From: Eledone cirrhosa
Taxonomy: Eukaryota
DNA: 64,000 nt
Assembly (NCBI GenBank): GCA_964016885.1
Contig: OZ024743.1
Span: 350,424,001-350,488,000, forward strand
Reading direction: 5' to 3'
The position numbers and the translations under genes are program-made. Of the stretch, positions 43,079 to 56,662 are shown piece by piece. The notes beneath the pieces are model-generated. The model was not told the DNA's origin. It saw nothing but the letters and a program-made list of their open reading frames with translations, and ran no database searches. How positions within the stretch are numbered: position 1 is the first letter of the stretch; each line of letters starts with the position of its first letter.

Positions 43079-44104
43079 ACACTAGAATTAACTTCAACCT
43101 AACATATTTTTCCTGACTATATTTGTCTAGATAAGTTTGACCTTGTACAACCCCTCTCTCACAAGGAGATAACATGGAATTTGTAGCTTAATATATATGC
43201 GCATATTTCCATTGATATACAGGCATCGGTGGTGTGTATTAATCCATCGACCATGTGGCCTTTGGAGTGAAACGCTGTACAGACTAACTTGTCTATGACA
43301 TAGAGTGAATAGTAATTAACTAGATAATTAATCAATTTTCCGCTCCATTCTTTTCGGAATATACTCGGTCGAATCAGCCCAGTTGCTTAGGACCTCACTT
43401 TAATACAACGGGCCGCGGGATGAGCTAGTGACGAACCACACGAAGCTTAACCTTAAACAAATTAACGCATATATACACACGAATATATTTTGTAAATTCG
43501 AACCTTCAGAGAGGCCTTAAAAATATCTGCCTTCTTTTAACTACTATAGTCTTCTCCTTATAATTATCATTAATTTGCTAATATTTTTGTTTATTTCTTC
43601 TTCTAACCCTATTTTTGGCCAGGCGATATTTTAGCTACAGTCACCTCTGAATGATCTTGTTTGTTGGACGACCAATAGACTAGTCTTTAAGTATCCACTA
43701 AAGCGTAGCAATTTTATTAGGGAGTGACACTCTCTGGGAAGTATTTTTCTGTGTCGGCACTTGACAGTACCTCCTCTACCCCACTATCCCTAGATCATCT
43801 AGCAATGTTCGAGGGCTCCCTTTTCACACTACAACAGTTTTTTTTACAGGCAGTCCCCGGGTCAAATTTTCATTTTTCGATTTCCTATTCTCTTTTCCCT
43901 ATCTTCCATAAGTTTGAGTGCAATGTAACCCTGTTATGTAGTTCTGTCGAAGTTACCTGATGAGAATCGTCCTGTCTTGCATTATATTTGGGTGATAGAG
44001 CTGGGTCATTAAACATTATATATTGATTTCACGGAAGTAAAATTTTAAAGCCTATTTCCAGTACGTCCTTCTATTGCCGTTTTATAAAAGTATATATATA
44101 TATA

Positions 44105-44495
44105 TATATAAAAGTAGCGAAACAAACGGTTATTAAACAATTTTCTAAATAAATTAAAAAATGATTAAATAATCACCTGTTCAGATGCTGTTACCGACGG
44201 TTTCATCATTCCGAAAGATTGGAAATTCAACGAATTTCCAATGGAAAGAAATGAATCCTCAGACAGCCCTATTTGGATTTCCAATCTTTCGGAATGATGA
44301 AACCGTCGGTAACAGCTTCTGAACAGGTGATTATTTAATCATTTTTTTATTTATTTAGAAAATTGTTTAATAACCGTTTGTTTCGCTACTTTTATATTGT
44401 TCTGGTATCTCGCATTAGTGCCATTGAACCACATGTATTATAAACAACTTGAATATTTCTACAAGTACATTGTACCTGTTGAAGTATCCATCCAC

Positions 44496-44500
<5 letters not shown>
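44105..44500. mobile_element. Fold-back HHR element plus tail in (TA)n
   Basis: ~44105-44230 inverted at 44273-44397. Confidence 0.85.
44187..44267 (-). ncRNA. Type I hammerhead ribozyme with extended stem II
   Basis: GCUGU|CUGAGGA|long stem II|GAAA|CCGUCGG|UA|ACAGC. Confidence 0.72.
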
Positions 44501-44537
<37 letters not shown>

Positions 44538-44624
44538 GGGATTCTACTAAGGTATATCCTAATGTTTGTTGAGTGAGACGGAAGCCGGTCGGAGTATTGC
44601 TTAAAGATTTCTCTGTTAATGTAT

Positions 44625-44699
<75 letters not shown>

Positions 44700-45001
44700 T
44701 TATGTGGGATCTTTAAAGCGTCGGTAAGCGGTAGGCCGTTTGAGCACTCGATGCTCTTACAGAGCAAAGTATGATATCACATAAGAAACGGAGAATCAGT
44801 GTTGCGACAAATAAGATTTATTAGACCTATTACAATCGTTTTTCTTGCGACCAGCTCGAGGCACGATATATATATATATACATATATATATGATTTCTTA
44901 TATAGGCACAAGGCCAGTAATTTGGAGGAGGAGGAAGTCGATTAAATCGACCCAGCATGGTATCCAACTCTCTACCGATACTGCCAATCCAAAACAGATA
45001 A

Positions 45002-45246
45002 CTTAGATCTTAGGTTCTTCCGCACCGTTCGGCGCATCGAGCAGTAAGCAGTCGCCAACGGTCACGATCAGCGGCAGATTTTCCGCGTCCGTACCAAGTG
45101 ATGTTGGCTGCCATCAGGTCTTTTTGGAACGTTCGTCGCCAGGTGATCCTGGGACAACACCGCATCCGTTTGCCGCCAGGTGGAGTCCAGTTCATCGCTG
45201 TTTTCGAGTGTCGTTCGTAGGGTAGGTGCAGAATATAGCCAGCCAT
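45002..45246 (-). mobile_element. RTE-clade LINE 3' end
   Basis: AGYILH..KTAMNWTPPGGKR.R..PRITWRRT..KDL...TW...AADRDRWRLL. Confidence 0.8.
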
Positions 45247-45268
45247 AGAGAGGGAGAGAGAGAGAGGG

Positions 45269-45313
<45 letters not shown>

Positions 45314-45530
45314 TATTTCTTTATTTACCATAAAGGCATAAAAAGAAGGGACAAATACAAAGGGGGAGTTTACATACAATCGAGTAAAAAGGGTATAAAA
45401 TGAAAATAATCGAAAACAACCTCAAAGGGGGGGGGGCGTGATGGGGGTTGCACACACCCCCGAAAAAGTGTGCAATCCTTTGCCCGGGGAGCACATGGAG
45501 AAGGTGCTCCCCTCTCCTTCACTTCTTTAC

Positions 45531-48500
45531 CTACAGGATGGTATACAGAGAAGGCCCATTTACACGAGCCATTCTCGCCACTATCACCCACCTTTCATAA
45601 AACTGGCTGTGGCCAAGCACCTCTCTCTCCATTCTTATCCTTCTTCCGAAGTGATATCGGAAGAAGTAGACCAGACTATGGCCAGAGAGGAAGTTGCCTG
45701 ACCTCAGACCTTTCAATCGTGTCCACCAAACAACCTCTTTCAACATGGCTATTACGCACAGAAAAACCGCCTTTGCTTCCTTTGTGAAGAGGGGAGGCGG
45801 TTTGTTGTCATCACGGACTCGGCGGTCAATCGAATCGGCGCCACCCGCGACAGCAGTCGTTCGGCATAGCCCCACAGATCAGCCACGCCCGGACAGTGCA
45901 CCAATGCGTGCGCAACGGTTTCTTCGTGACGCACGCATCTATGGTAAATCTTTTTCGAGGGATCCCTGCCCGGGCGCTCGTGTCTGTAGAGCCTCTCTAG
46001 AACGGGTAGAGCCCCCCGGTAGCACTGCCAGGCCAGTGGCTTCTGGAAGTTGTCCATTGGTCCCGGGCCGAAAGTCCTACCGAACAGGCTGGCCAGTTCG
46101 TCCTCCTCCATGTCCAGCGACTCTCCAAGGGTGTCATCGCCCCTGCTAGCCACCAGCCCTCTATAGAATGATGAGGTGGATTCTCCACCGAAGGCCTGGC
46201 CCGCTTGCCAGAGAGCCCTGAGCGCCTGAGCACACTCAGTGTGCCAGTCTCCCAGTTTTCCAGATCTTTGCTTGACCCAGGACTGCAGCTCGGTGAGCGA
46301 GACGAGTCTCGGAAAGGCTCGTTTCACGAACGGAGCCCACACCGGTTAACAAGTGAGGAATACCTGTAGGTGCCGTAGCCTTAATGCGTGCCTACGCATC
46401 ATCAACCACGGCATCTCCAGCCCTCCTTTCGAAGGTTGTTGGCAACAGATGGATCTTCTCAACATAGGAGGGCGCTTCTTCCAAAGAAATTGAAAGAGCA
46501 TGCGTTCCATGGTGGTGAGTGTTTCCTTAGGCAAGGCACGACAGTCAGGCGGTAGTAAGTGACGGACGCTATGTAAATGTTCGCCACCTCCGCCCGACCT
46601 TTTAGAGACAGCTTACACTTGGCCCATTTCTGAGTTAGTGCAAACACCTTGTCCGTAACCTCGCCCCAGTTCTTTTCCTCCTGGAGGTCCGGTCCAAACC
46701 AGACCACAAGCAACTTCACCGGGCCCTCCGTCCAGTGTCCGACGACACCGTCGGCGAGGCATCGGTCTGCCTCTCCACGTTCCGAGTTGCAGCCCGATCG
46801 ATTTTTCCCGGTTCAGTTTCGCTCCTGACAACCTTTCGTATTCTTCCAGTAAGGTACCGATCGCCTCGATCTCCGAGTCGGTCGATACCATTACTGTTAC
46901 GTCATCGGTGTAGGCCGACACCGCTTTGCTCAATCCTGGTTCCAGAGGGATACCCTGCAACAACTCCAACTTCCTCAGTAAAGGCTCCAGAGTCAATACG
47001 TACAGAAGGGAGGAGAGAGGGCACTCCTGTAGAATGGATCGTGTGATTTCGAACGGCTTCGAAAGGTAGCCGTTCACCTTGATCCTAGAACAGATGTGGT
47101 TGCTATGTAAGGCAGTGATCCAGCCTCTGAAAACAGGACCGAACCCAGCCGCCGCTAGCACCGCATCCAGGTAACCATGGTCGACCCTATCGAACGCCTT
47201 AGACTGATCCAAGTTGATCAGGGCCCCACCGAAGCCGGGTTTGTTGCCAACCCTCTCTATGGTGTATCGCATGAGGTGGAGGTTGTCGTGAATGGACCTG
47301 GATGGGATAGCACATGTCTGCGCATCTCCCACCAGGCCACCCACGACAAGCGCCAACCTATTTTCTAACACCCTGGCCAAAATCTTTAACTCTGTGTTTA
47401 GCAGGGTTATGGGCCGAAAATTATTTATACTATCCCCCTTGTTCTCGTCCTTCCTCACCAGCGAGACTACGCCCTTGGCTACAGAACAAGGAATTCTCCC
47501 GTTCTGCTGCCAATTGCAGTAGACTGATTTGAGGAGTTCAGAGAAGAAGACCGGCATTGCTAAATAAAGTTCGTAAGGTATACCATCGAGACCTGGAGAT
47601 TTGCGTCTGCTGCATTGGCTCAGCGCATCCCCGATCTCATCAGCCGAGATTGGTCCCTCGCAAGACTCTGCCTCTTCGCTCGAGAGACGTGGCAGGCCGT
47701 CGAGGTATGGACCGAAATCCCCGTCCCCGTCCGGACCCTCGCCTCCCCCGAACAATCGGGCAAAGTGCCTTTGAAAGGCCTCGCACATCTGCTTAGGCTC
47801 CCGGATCACCCGTCCATCCTCGTCTTGCAAAGACCGGATGGTGGATCGATTTCCACTCTTAGCTTCTGTCACGCGGGCCCAGCCAACGGCTTTGGCCCCC
47901 TCATTACCTAGAGCACGTATTTTACTCCGAATGACGCAGCCTTCGTGCTTTGCATCGAAAAACTGGCTCAAGGCCGTCCTCGATGCCAGCACTCTGGCCA
48001 CATCTTCGCTCTTGATTGCCTCTTCTAATTTACCTGTTAATTCTTTCTCGTTCCTATTCCTATCGGCAGCTATCATCTTGCTATATCTTATTGATTCTGT
48101 TCTAATCTCTCTTTTGAGAGATGCCCACCATCGGTTGTTGACGATTGCACCCGTCAACCTCTCCTTAACTAATCTGCTAATCCGGTTTCTGTAAGCCTCT
48201 TTTGCCGGTAAAGACAAATTAAGTTTCCAGTAACCGGGACCCTGTCTATGTGTTTTCTCGAGATTGATTACGCAGGTCACTAATTTGTGATCTGTGTAGC
48301 CAACCGTGAGCATTTCTGGACAGCTTAATATGTCCCTATCCTTACTTCTAACTAAGAATCTATCTAAGTACGATCTAGATTGACCACTATGGTTCGTCCA
48401 AGTCCAGGTTGGCACAGTTGGAAAATCTAGTCGATATCTATCGACCAAGTTAAAACGGTCGAGTAACCCCTTGAGGCTGTTACACCCCTCTATTAGGACA

Positions 48501-48950
48501 TGCTCCTGCGTAGTCCCAACGTGCATCTAGGATGTCATTCCAATCCCCCGCTAGAAGCAGGGAACGCGACGTTCCCAGAAAAGTCTCCAGACGCTGGAAG
48601 AAGTCGGGTCGTTCAGCTCCGAAAGGGGAGTAGACGGCGACCAGTCTCAAGGCCGCACCTCCACTACTGCCAACGTCTAGCACCAACAAACGACCTTCCG
48701 GGTCCGAGTGAACAACCTGTACGGCGAGACCCAGGTGTTTTTCCAGCAGTACGACAACCCCACCCCCACCTCCAGGTTGACAGAGAGATGCATGCACCTC
48801 AAAGTCATCGAAGGTAGGGGCCAGCTGCCGCACGACGCTGATAACCATTACATTTATACCACGTGACCTGAGGTCATTTAGAAGCTTTGCTTGCTTCCAA
48901 GTTGAGCCCAGGCCACGTGCATTCAAACACCCTACTCTTAACACATCCAT
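45531..48950 (-). pseudogene. Tx1/L1 ORF2 (APE + RT + C-terminal Cys/His), several frameshifts
   Basis: VGCLNARGL, AGDWN, YLDRFL, TDH, SPGLDG, FRPITLLN, DQSKAFDRVDH, QECPLS, AYTDDV, GGLEMP, HRC..HEETVAHALVHC. Confidence 0.93.
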
Positions 48951-49179
48951 GTGGGCGGCAAAGCCAAAGGAGAGTGTAGAGACCTACCTTTCTGCTTCCC
49001 GGGGTTCGGGTCGCACGACTTCCATGGGGTCGGGGTGTTGGGTGAAGGGGTATCTTGTGGTGGTGTCGGGTCGTCAGTGTGTGGTGGGGTTGGGGTGTTT
49101 GGAGTTGTGTTGGGGAGGGCAAAGGGAGGGGGAAAGCTTTTTAGAAGGACGCGGTTTATGGGTTTGACAGAGGGTGGTC

Positions 49180-50755
49180 CTACGTCCTCCTTAAAATCCT
49201 TTTTAGTTTTTGGTAGAGGTTCATTGGGATCTTTATTAATTTTAAATGTGGGTAGTTTTCTGAAGAAACAAAATTTACCCCTTCGGTTTGTACAGAAGGA
49301 TTATTGTTTATGAGTTCATTTAATTTATTATTGTTTCTGTTGATGTAAGTATAGTATAATGTCTTTTTTTCGGATGGTGTGAGTGTTTCGAAGAGGGGAG
49401 GGGCAGGTTTTGTTTTGTTTGTTGCTGGAGGGGTGTTTTGTGTTTTGTTGGATTGTGTTGACATTTGGGTGGGGGCTGTTTGGCCTTGTGTGTTTTGCAC
49501 ATGTTTTCTTTTTTTCCTTTTAATCTGTCTGAAGGACTCCGTTTCTTCCTCCGAATTCGTTGGGTTATCTTCAGTGTTGGAGGGAAGAGGTATGTTTGCT
49601 GGTAATGTTTCCGTGTTGGTTTTCTTTGTGGGGGAGATGGATGTCACTATGTTAGACTGTGTTGTGTGTTGTGGCTGCGGTGGTTGTGTTGTTTTATTGA
49701 GTGAGGGGTTGGGTGGGACTGTATTTTGTTTTTGGGTAATGTGTTGTGTCTGTTTGTGTTGTGGTGGTGGTGTAGTTTTACTGGGGGATGGGTTGGGTGG
49801 GACTGAGTTTTGTTGTTTGTTTATCTGTTGTGGTGGTGGTGGATCTGGTGTTGGTAGCAGGGTTTTCTTCTTGTTGAGTTGGGGACAAGCCGCCTTCAGG
49901 TGCCCTCTGCCTGCACAGATATGACAGGACGGCCTTCTCCCATCCACGCTAATGTTTATATACCCGTGGCCCTCTAATAGGATTCTGTCGGGTATTTGGG
50001 CAATGCATTCAGGCTTCATTTGCACTACAAGTTCTATACCTGTTCCACTGAACGCATTGCCTGTGGTTTTCCCAATGGAAATCACGTTGTCATTCGCTGG
50101 ATCGATAAAGCCAGCTATGAGCCAGCAGTAGTCCATATCTGGCATCACCGCATCCAGCCATGTGCGCTGAGTTCTTTTACCCATATAAGATGGATAAAAG
50201 GTAAAATTTGTCGAACGAATCGGCGACAAAGCATATTTTTTTGCCGCTGATTCTGTTCTTCATAATAATGGCTAGGCTTCCATACAGCCTGTCTCTTCTT
50301 ATGAAAGTGGCTTCATTAACTACTTCTCTAAGTACTGCTTTAATTTCTGCTTGTGTTGGTTGTTGAGGATTTTTTGAGATGTTGTTGATGGTGCGGAAAA
50401 CGACCGTCCGACTTTCAATATCTTTGGTGACTTCTTGGGGCATTTTTACCGATAAGGTTCCATTTTCCCCTTGAGTTATGAATTGTTTGACGTTTTTTAT
50501 TCTTTGTGCCACATCTGAAATATTTTCAGGTATATATGTTAAAGATTTTTTTGTTGTTTGTGCAAATGAGATATTATTGGTGTTGACTTTGTCGTCTGTT
50601 TTGCTTTCTGTTATGATGTTGTTTTCAAATGTTATTTTTGTTTGTTGTTTCTTTGTTTGTGGTATTAATATTGTCATGCAATTTTTCAAATTTTTTTTTT
50701 TTTTTCTTGTTGGAATCAATCTCCAGATTTGTGTTTTCATCATTTTTCTCCGCAC
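49180..50755 (-). pseudogene. Tx1/L1 ORF1 (gag-like, CCHC knuckle), split by a frameshift
   Basis: ORFs 50177-50755 and 49180-50229; CHICAGRGHLKAAC followed by a P/T/Q-rich region. Confidence 0.8.
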
Positions 50756-51309
50756 ATTCGTCTGTTTTTATTTTATTTTTTCTTTCCTTCTCTATGACGT
50801 TAGTTGGGATGGAAGGGGGAACTAAAGCGTGCGAGCTTACAACTCTTACCGCTGTCCCCCACCACTATTTTCGTTAGCTTTGTTTAACATTTCTGCCAGA
50901 CGATTGAAATTTTATGCCACAAAATTTTTAAAAACAGGTTTTTCACCCCTGGGAGGGGCGAAGATGAGCTGACCCACCGCCTGACAGTTCAGACGGGGGG
51001 GTCAAGCTACACAATAGTATCAAAATTCAAATTAAACTTACAAAATTTCCGCAATAAATTGGAACAAAACTTCTGCGCGAAGTGAATTACGTCTACGTTG
51101 TCGAACAGACGACAGCTAGATTAATAGATAGATAGATAGATAGATAGATATATGTGTGTGTATGTGTATGTGTATGTGTATACACTCCCTATGTGTATGT
51201 ATATGTGTGTGTGTGTATGTGTGTGTATATATGTATGCGTATATATATATATATATATGTATGTATATATGTATGTATGTATGTATATATATATATGTAT
51301 GTATATATG

Positions 51310-51374
<65 letters not shown>

Positions 51375-51413
51375 ATGTATGTATATATATATGTATATGT
51401 GTATGTATGTATG

Positions 51414-51527
<114 letters not shown>

Positions 51528-51529
51528 AA

Positions 51530-52111
<582 letters not shown>

Positions 52112-53130
52112 CATATAGAGATTACAGTAATCAAAGTTCAGTTTAAGTCATTTATTTGCTTACAATTGTTTCCTCCAAACCGAGGTTTGGATTCTTCGGA
52201 GCAACTATTTATAACATACTTGACCTCCTTTTCAACCCAAGAGACACATAAAACATATGCGCATATTGATCAACAGTGGGGTGACATTCATCAAATGATA
52301 TAGCATGGCAATTTACATTAATATATTAATTAAGAACCGACTGGATACGGTTTATAGCTTGACTATATGCTGAACCACTGCGAATTATACGATAGACGCG
52401 TGTTCTCTATATATATATTGCGTCTCATGGATTATGTGAGTGGTGGTGTGAGCAAGGACAGTGGTACGACCTTGCCTACGATACAATAAGGTTTATAGTA
52501 TGTTGAAGGTTTTTGATATTTTGGTGTTTCCCCGCATCCGAGACTGTATATCATACAGATGTATGAGAATAAATGACTTAATAATTCAGCCTACATAATA
52601 AGATCGATTGCCTGCTTCAACTGCCTGACCCTGCAAATATCATTCTGACGCACTCTAATCATGTATAGATAAGACACGCGTGCATGCTACACGGGAGATT
52701 GTTTCATACACTGACTACTCTAAGCTTTCCTCTTGCTTTATCTTCATAGACTGCCAACGCTTCATGTTTATCTTTATTTTCACTCTTATTTTCACTCTTG
52801 TTTTTATTTTATTTTTATCCTGTAACCTTTATATGTAAATTGCCATGCTATATCATTTGATGAATGTCACCCCACTGTTGATCAATATGCGCATATGTTT
52901 TATGTGTCTCTTGGGTTGAAAAGGAGGTCAAGTATGTTATAAATAGTTGCTCCGAAGAATCCAAACCTCGGTTTGGAGGAAACAATTGTAAGCAAATAAA
53001 TGACTTAAACTGAACTTTGATTACTGTAATCTCTATATAACTGCTCTGTAAAACAACTGATGTTATTACATTGAGCTATTTATCTTACTGGTAATAGGAT
53101 AGTAATTAATGACTATCTCTCACTATTTAG
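52112..53130. mobile_element. Fold-back HHR element (~205-bp arms, ~510-bp spacer) plus tail
   Basis: ~52112-52318 inverted at 52833-53038. Confidence 0.85.
52947..52995 (+). ncRNA. Hammerhead ribozyme with U4C core variant
   Basis: UUGCU|CCGAAGA|aUCCAAACC-uc-GGUUUGGAg|GAAA|CAAUUG|UA|AGCAA. Confidence 0.65.
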
Positions 53131-53297
53131 GGTCTGTGTATATATAATATATTACCATCAAAGGTTTTATTGCATACATAACCATAAATAGTACCCTTAA
53201 TACTATATATATGTATGTATGTATATAGAATACAAACGCACACAGACTCAGACACGGACACACGAAAGCACACCAAATAGAATAAGAAATTATAATT

Positions 53298-53478
53298 GGC
53301 AGTATCGGTAGAGGGTCGGACGCCATGCTTTGACGCATAGAGTTACGGCCGTTGCCATTCTGAGTTCAAATCCCGCCGAGGTTAACTTTGCCTTTCATCC
53401 TTACGGGGTCGATAAAATAAAGTACCAGTAATGTACTGGGATAATTGCTGGCCTTGTGCCAAAAGTAGAAACAATTAT
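53298..53478 (+). mobile_element. tRNA-derived SINE, full-length reference copy
   Basis: A-box-like TGGCAGTATCGG, B-box GAGTTCAAATCC, conserved central domain GGTTAACTTTGCCTTTCATCCTTACGGGGTCGATAAAATAAAGTACCAG, AT-rich tail. Confidence 0.9.
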
Positions 53479-53479
53479 T

Positions 53480-54500
53480 GCAATACAACGAGAGGAAACA
53501 CAATAATATCACTGATGATGTCACAGGTGTGTGACGAAAGGACTCTGATAAACTACATTTATATCTATATTTTTAACTGTTGGTCAATCAATGATAAACC
53601 TTGATAGCCAGCTGAATTAATTATAGAAAAATAAAATATACTGAAGCGAAAAACCCAAACCAAAAAGTGAGTGTGTTTTTACTATATATTTTGTAATATT
53701 ATAACATGACACTCCACAAATATGACACTATTTGTTACAACACACGATTTCATATCAAAAACCTTCCAAAACAAATTCATCGCCGTAGTCGTCAACCTCC
53801 CCTCCGACATCCACGACACCAATCATGCCCTTAGACTCTTTAACTCCTTCTCCCTCTCTCCTGGCTCCTCTCGCATTCTCTTCACCCTGGGCATCACCTC
53901 TCTCTATACCGTCAACCCTCATGATGACGGCCTCGGCGCACTCCAACATTTTTTAGACTTATTCCCTACCCCAGCACTACTACTCTTCTCCTTCTGGCTG
54001 AACTTTAATGGGTTTTCCTTTTCCGGTGAATTCTATCAGCAGGCCTCTGTGGTAGCCATGGGAACCAGAATGGGCCTAAACTATGCCAACTTGTTTGTTG
54101 GCCACATCGAAGCCCAGATCTTCTCCCAGTGCGCTGGGCCTACTCCTGAGCTATACGGTCGTTATATCGGCGCTACCGCTCTATCACGTGAACAGCTCGA
54201 CAGCTTTCTATCTTTTTCCAATCGTTCCATCCGGCTCTCACCTCCACCGCCTCCGTCTCCGATTCTTCTGTCCTTTTTCTTGATATCTCTCTATCTATCG
54301 ATCACTCTCACCACATCCACTCTACTTCCATCATCTATAAACCGACTGATCCCCCACTCTTACCTCGATTTCACCTCCTCCCATCCAAACCAGACCAAAC
54401 ACTCCATACCCAATTCCCAATTCCTCCGTCTTCGCCGGCTCTGTAGCCAGGAACACGATTTCGAAACCCATTCCCTTCATATGGCCTCCCGCTTGGATGT
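53480..54500 (+). mobile_element. Penelope-like (Neptune-type) element: upstream pLTR plus degenerate RT
   Basis: DIHDTNHAL, LFTLGITSLYT, FSFSGEFYQQASVVAMGTRMGLNYANLFVG, LYGRYI, SYLDFTSSHP..TKHSIPNSQFLRLRRLCS; overlaps 22620-22790 in sequence. Confidence 0.88.
53507..53550 (+). ncRNA. Minimal type I hammerhead ribozyme in a PLE pseudo-LTR
   Basis: UAUCA|CUGAUGA|U-GUCACA-ggug-UGUGAC|GAAA|GGAC|UC|UGAUA. Confidence 0.82.
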
Positions 54501-54526
54501 CCTCCACCACCCCTATAGTGATAGAC

Positions 54527-54700
54527 TGGCAGTATCGGTCAGACGCCATACTTTATAGCTTAGATTCATGGCCCTTTACGTTCTGAGTTCAAATCCCGTC
54601 CAGGTTAACTTTGCCTTTCATCCTTACGGGGTCGATGAAATAATGTACCAGTAATACACTGTGATAATTGCTGGCCTTGTGCCAAAAGTCGAAACAATTA
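54527..54700 (+). mobile_element. tRNA-SINE
   Basis: Same family as 53298. Confidence 0.88.
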
Positions 54701-54734
54701 TTTATTTCTTGTAGTTAGGAAGCTCACATTTTCA

Positions 54735-54816
<82 letters not shown>

Positions 54817-54838
54817 TACATACACACACAAACAAACA

Positions 54839-54908
<70 letters not shown>

Positions 54909-54915
<7 letters not shown>

Positions 54916-55190
54916 ATACTTTGGGAGGGTCATGTTGCCAATAAGGAACACACGCACCAGTAACTTTCACTTCAATTTATTATAATAAATTTATAAATTT
55001 AGGAATTTATAAATTTCCGGTTGGTTGGTTGGTTCCACAACCAGATGGTTGTTTATATATTGTCAAAGTTATTTCGTCACACATTCTGTGACTCTTCAGT
55101 GACTGGGGATTCTTTTCTTTGTTTTGTTTTTTGTGCCTCTCCTTTGTTCTGTCCTACGCCATCTTGTTTTTTTGTGTGTGTGTTGTCATA
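54909..55190 (-). mobile_element. Solo PLE pseudo-LTR with HHR between (TA)n tracts
   Basis: Reverse complement of 23290-23520; CUGAAGA GUCACA..UGUGAC GAAA on the - strand. Confidence 0.82.
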
Positions 55191-55211
55191 TATATATATA
55201 TATATATATAT

Positions 55212-56098
55212 AAAAACAAATAACGAAACGAAATTAAATTTCGTTTCGCTTCTAACTCACTTTTGTATGACTGACGCTTAAACAATTAAGTTAAAGTGTA
55301 CATCTACATATGTATACGGAAGTATTAGTATGCATATAAATACACACATGTATACATATGTACATGTACTCAGCTTTTCACTAGACACTTTACAGTGAGT
55401 GTCAGCTAGTCTGTATGTAACCACACAGGCGGACCGGGTTTTAGAGTCATACGAGTTTTCAAGGAAACACATTTCCTCTATTCTCCAGAGGGCCAGACAG
55501 GAATATTGGACTAGTTACGATGTTATTACATCTCATCAGCAATATTTACCCATCTTCCGGCTTCTCTGGAGAATTGTAAAAGCACATATCGTTATATGCT
55601 TTTTCTATGAAAATTAGTAGTGGGTAGACTAATTTGCATAGAACGTGAGTCATTGTACGCACCGGTTCAGCGGAAACGATAAAAACAAATAACGAAACGA
55701 AATTAAATTTCGTTCCGCTGAACCGGTGCGTACAATGACTCACGTTCTATGCAAATTAGTCTACCCACTACTAATTTTCATAGAAAAAGCATATAACGAT
55801 ATGTGCTTTTACAATTCTCCAGAGAAGCCGGAAGATGGGTAAATATTGCTGATGAGATGTAATAACATCGAAACTAGTCCAATATTCCTGTCTGGCCCTC
55901 TGGAGAATAGAGGAAATGTGTTTCCTTGAAAACACATATGACTCTAAAACCCGGTCCGCCTGTGTGGTTACATACAGACTAGCTGACACTCACTGTAAAG
56001 TGTCTAGTGAAAAGCTGAGTACATGTACATATGTATACATGTGTGTATTTATATGCATACTAATACTTCCGTATACATATGTAGATGTACACTTTAAC

Positions 56099-56105
<7 letters not shown>
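55212..56105. mobile_element. Fold-back HHR element built from a 469-bp monomer
   Basis: aaaaacaaataacgaaacgaaattaaatttcgtt at 55212 and 55681; inverted arm ~55712-56104. Confidence 0.9.
55842..55886 (+). ncRNA. Canonical minimal type I hammerhead ribozyme
   Basis: AAUAUUG|CUGAUGA|GAUGU-aaua-ACAUC|GAAA|CUAG|UC|CAAUAUU. Confidence 0.88.
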
Positions 56106-56139
<34 letters not shown>

Positions 56140-56488
56140 AATATAAATTAGCGAGAATCGTATTTCGGCTATTGGAAATTAGCGAAAAACAACTTCCGAG
56201 ATGTGTAGCAAGCGCTCAATAGATTCTAACGAACCAGAGCTACAACATACGTTAAAAGGCCAAACACACTGAGACGATGGTTAAACCATTATCCGCACAG
56301 CCATAGAAACGACCAAGTAATTCGGGTCAAATATATATATTCACGGTGTATATTAACCATGAACATGACAACCTAAAATCATTGACCACTCCCCGAAACA
56401 GATAAGAAAAACAACACATTTTTAGAATTGTTTCATTTGATACCTCTGACTTTTTTGGTGTTGACTGCATGCCCATATATGGACTGTA

Positions 56489-56580
56489 CCCCTTGATAAG
56501 TTCAGCTAGGTGCCTGCCGTCTTAACTGCTGGGTTAGTTCGGATCTAGGCGTTGAAACGGCCGGAACTCAGCCGTCGGTG
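56489..56580 (+). ncRNA. Diverged hammerhead, U3-A8 core, long stem II (family of 2656/7541)
   Basis: CCCC|UUGAUAA|..CAGCUAG...CUAG..|GAAA|CGGC-loop-GCCG|UC|GGUG; sister copies have GGGG and CUAGCUGUC, which restore the stems. Confidence 0.6.
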
Positions 56581-56595
56581 CCCTGACTTTTTTCC

Positions 56596-56656
<61 letters not shown>

Positions 56657-56662
<6 letters not shown>

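Larger units (their letters stand above)
45314..51116 (-). mobile_element. Near full-length (~5.8 kb) Tx1/L1-clade LINE inserted in (GATA)n; frameshifted
   Basis: ORF1 and ORF2 motifs listed below; 3' end AATAAAGAAATA then (TATC)n; (GATA)n on both flanks. Confidence 0.93.

Noticed and set aside
43958-43980. CTGATGA motif
   Set aside because: No stem II or downstream GAAA; lies in what may be a very degraded L1-type remnant
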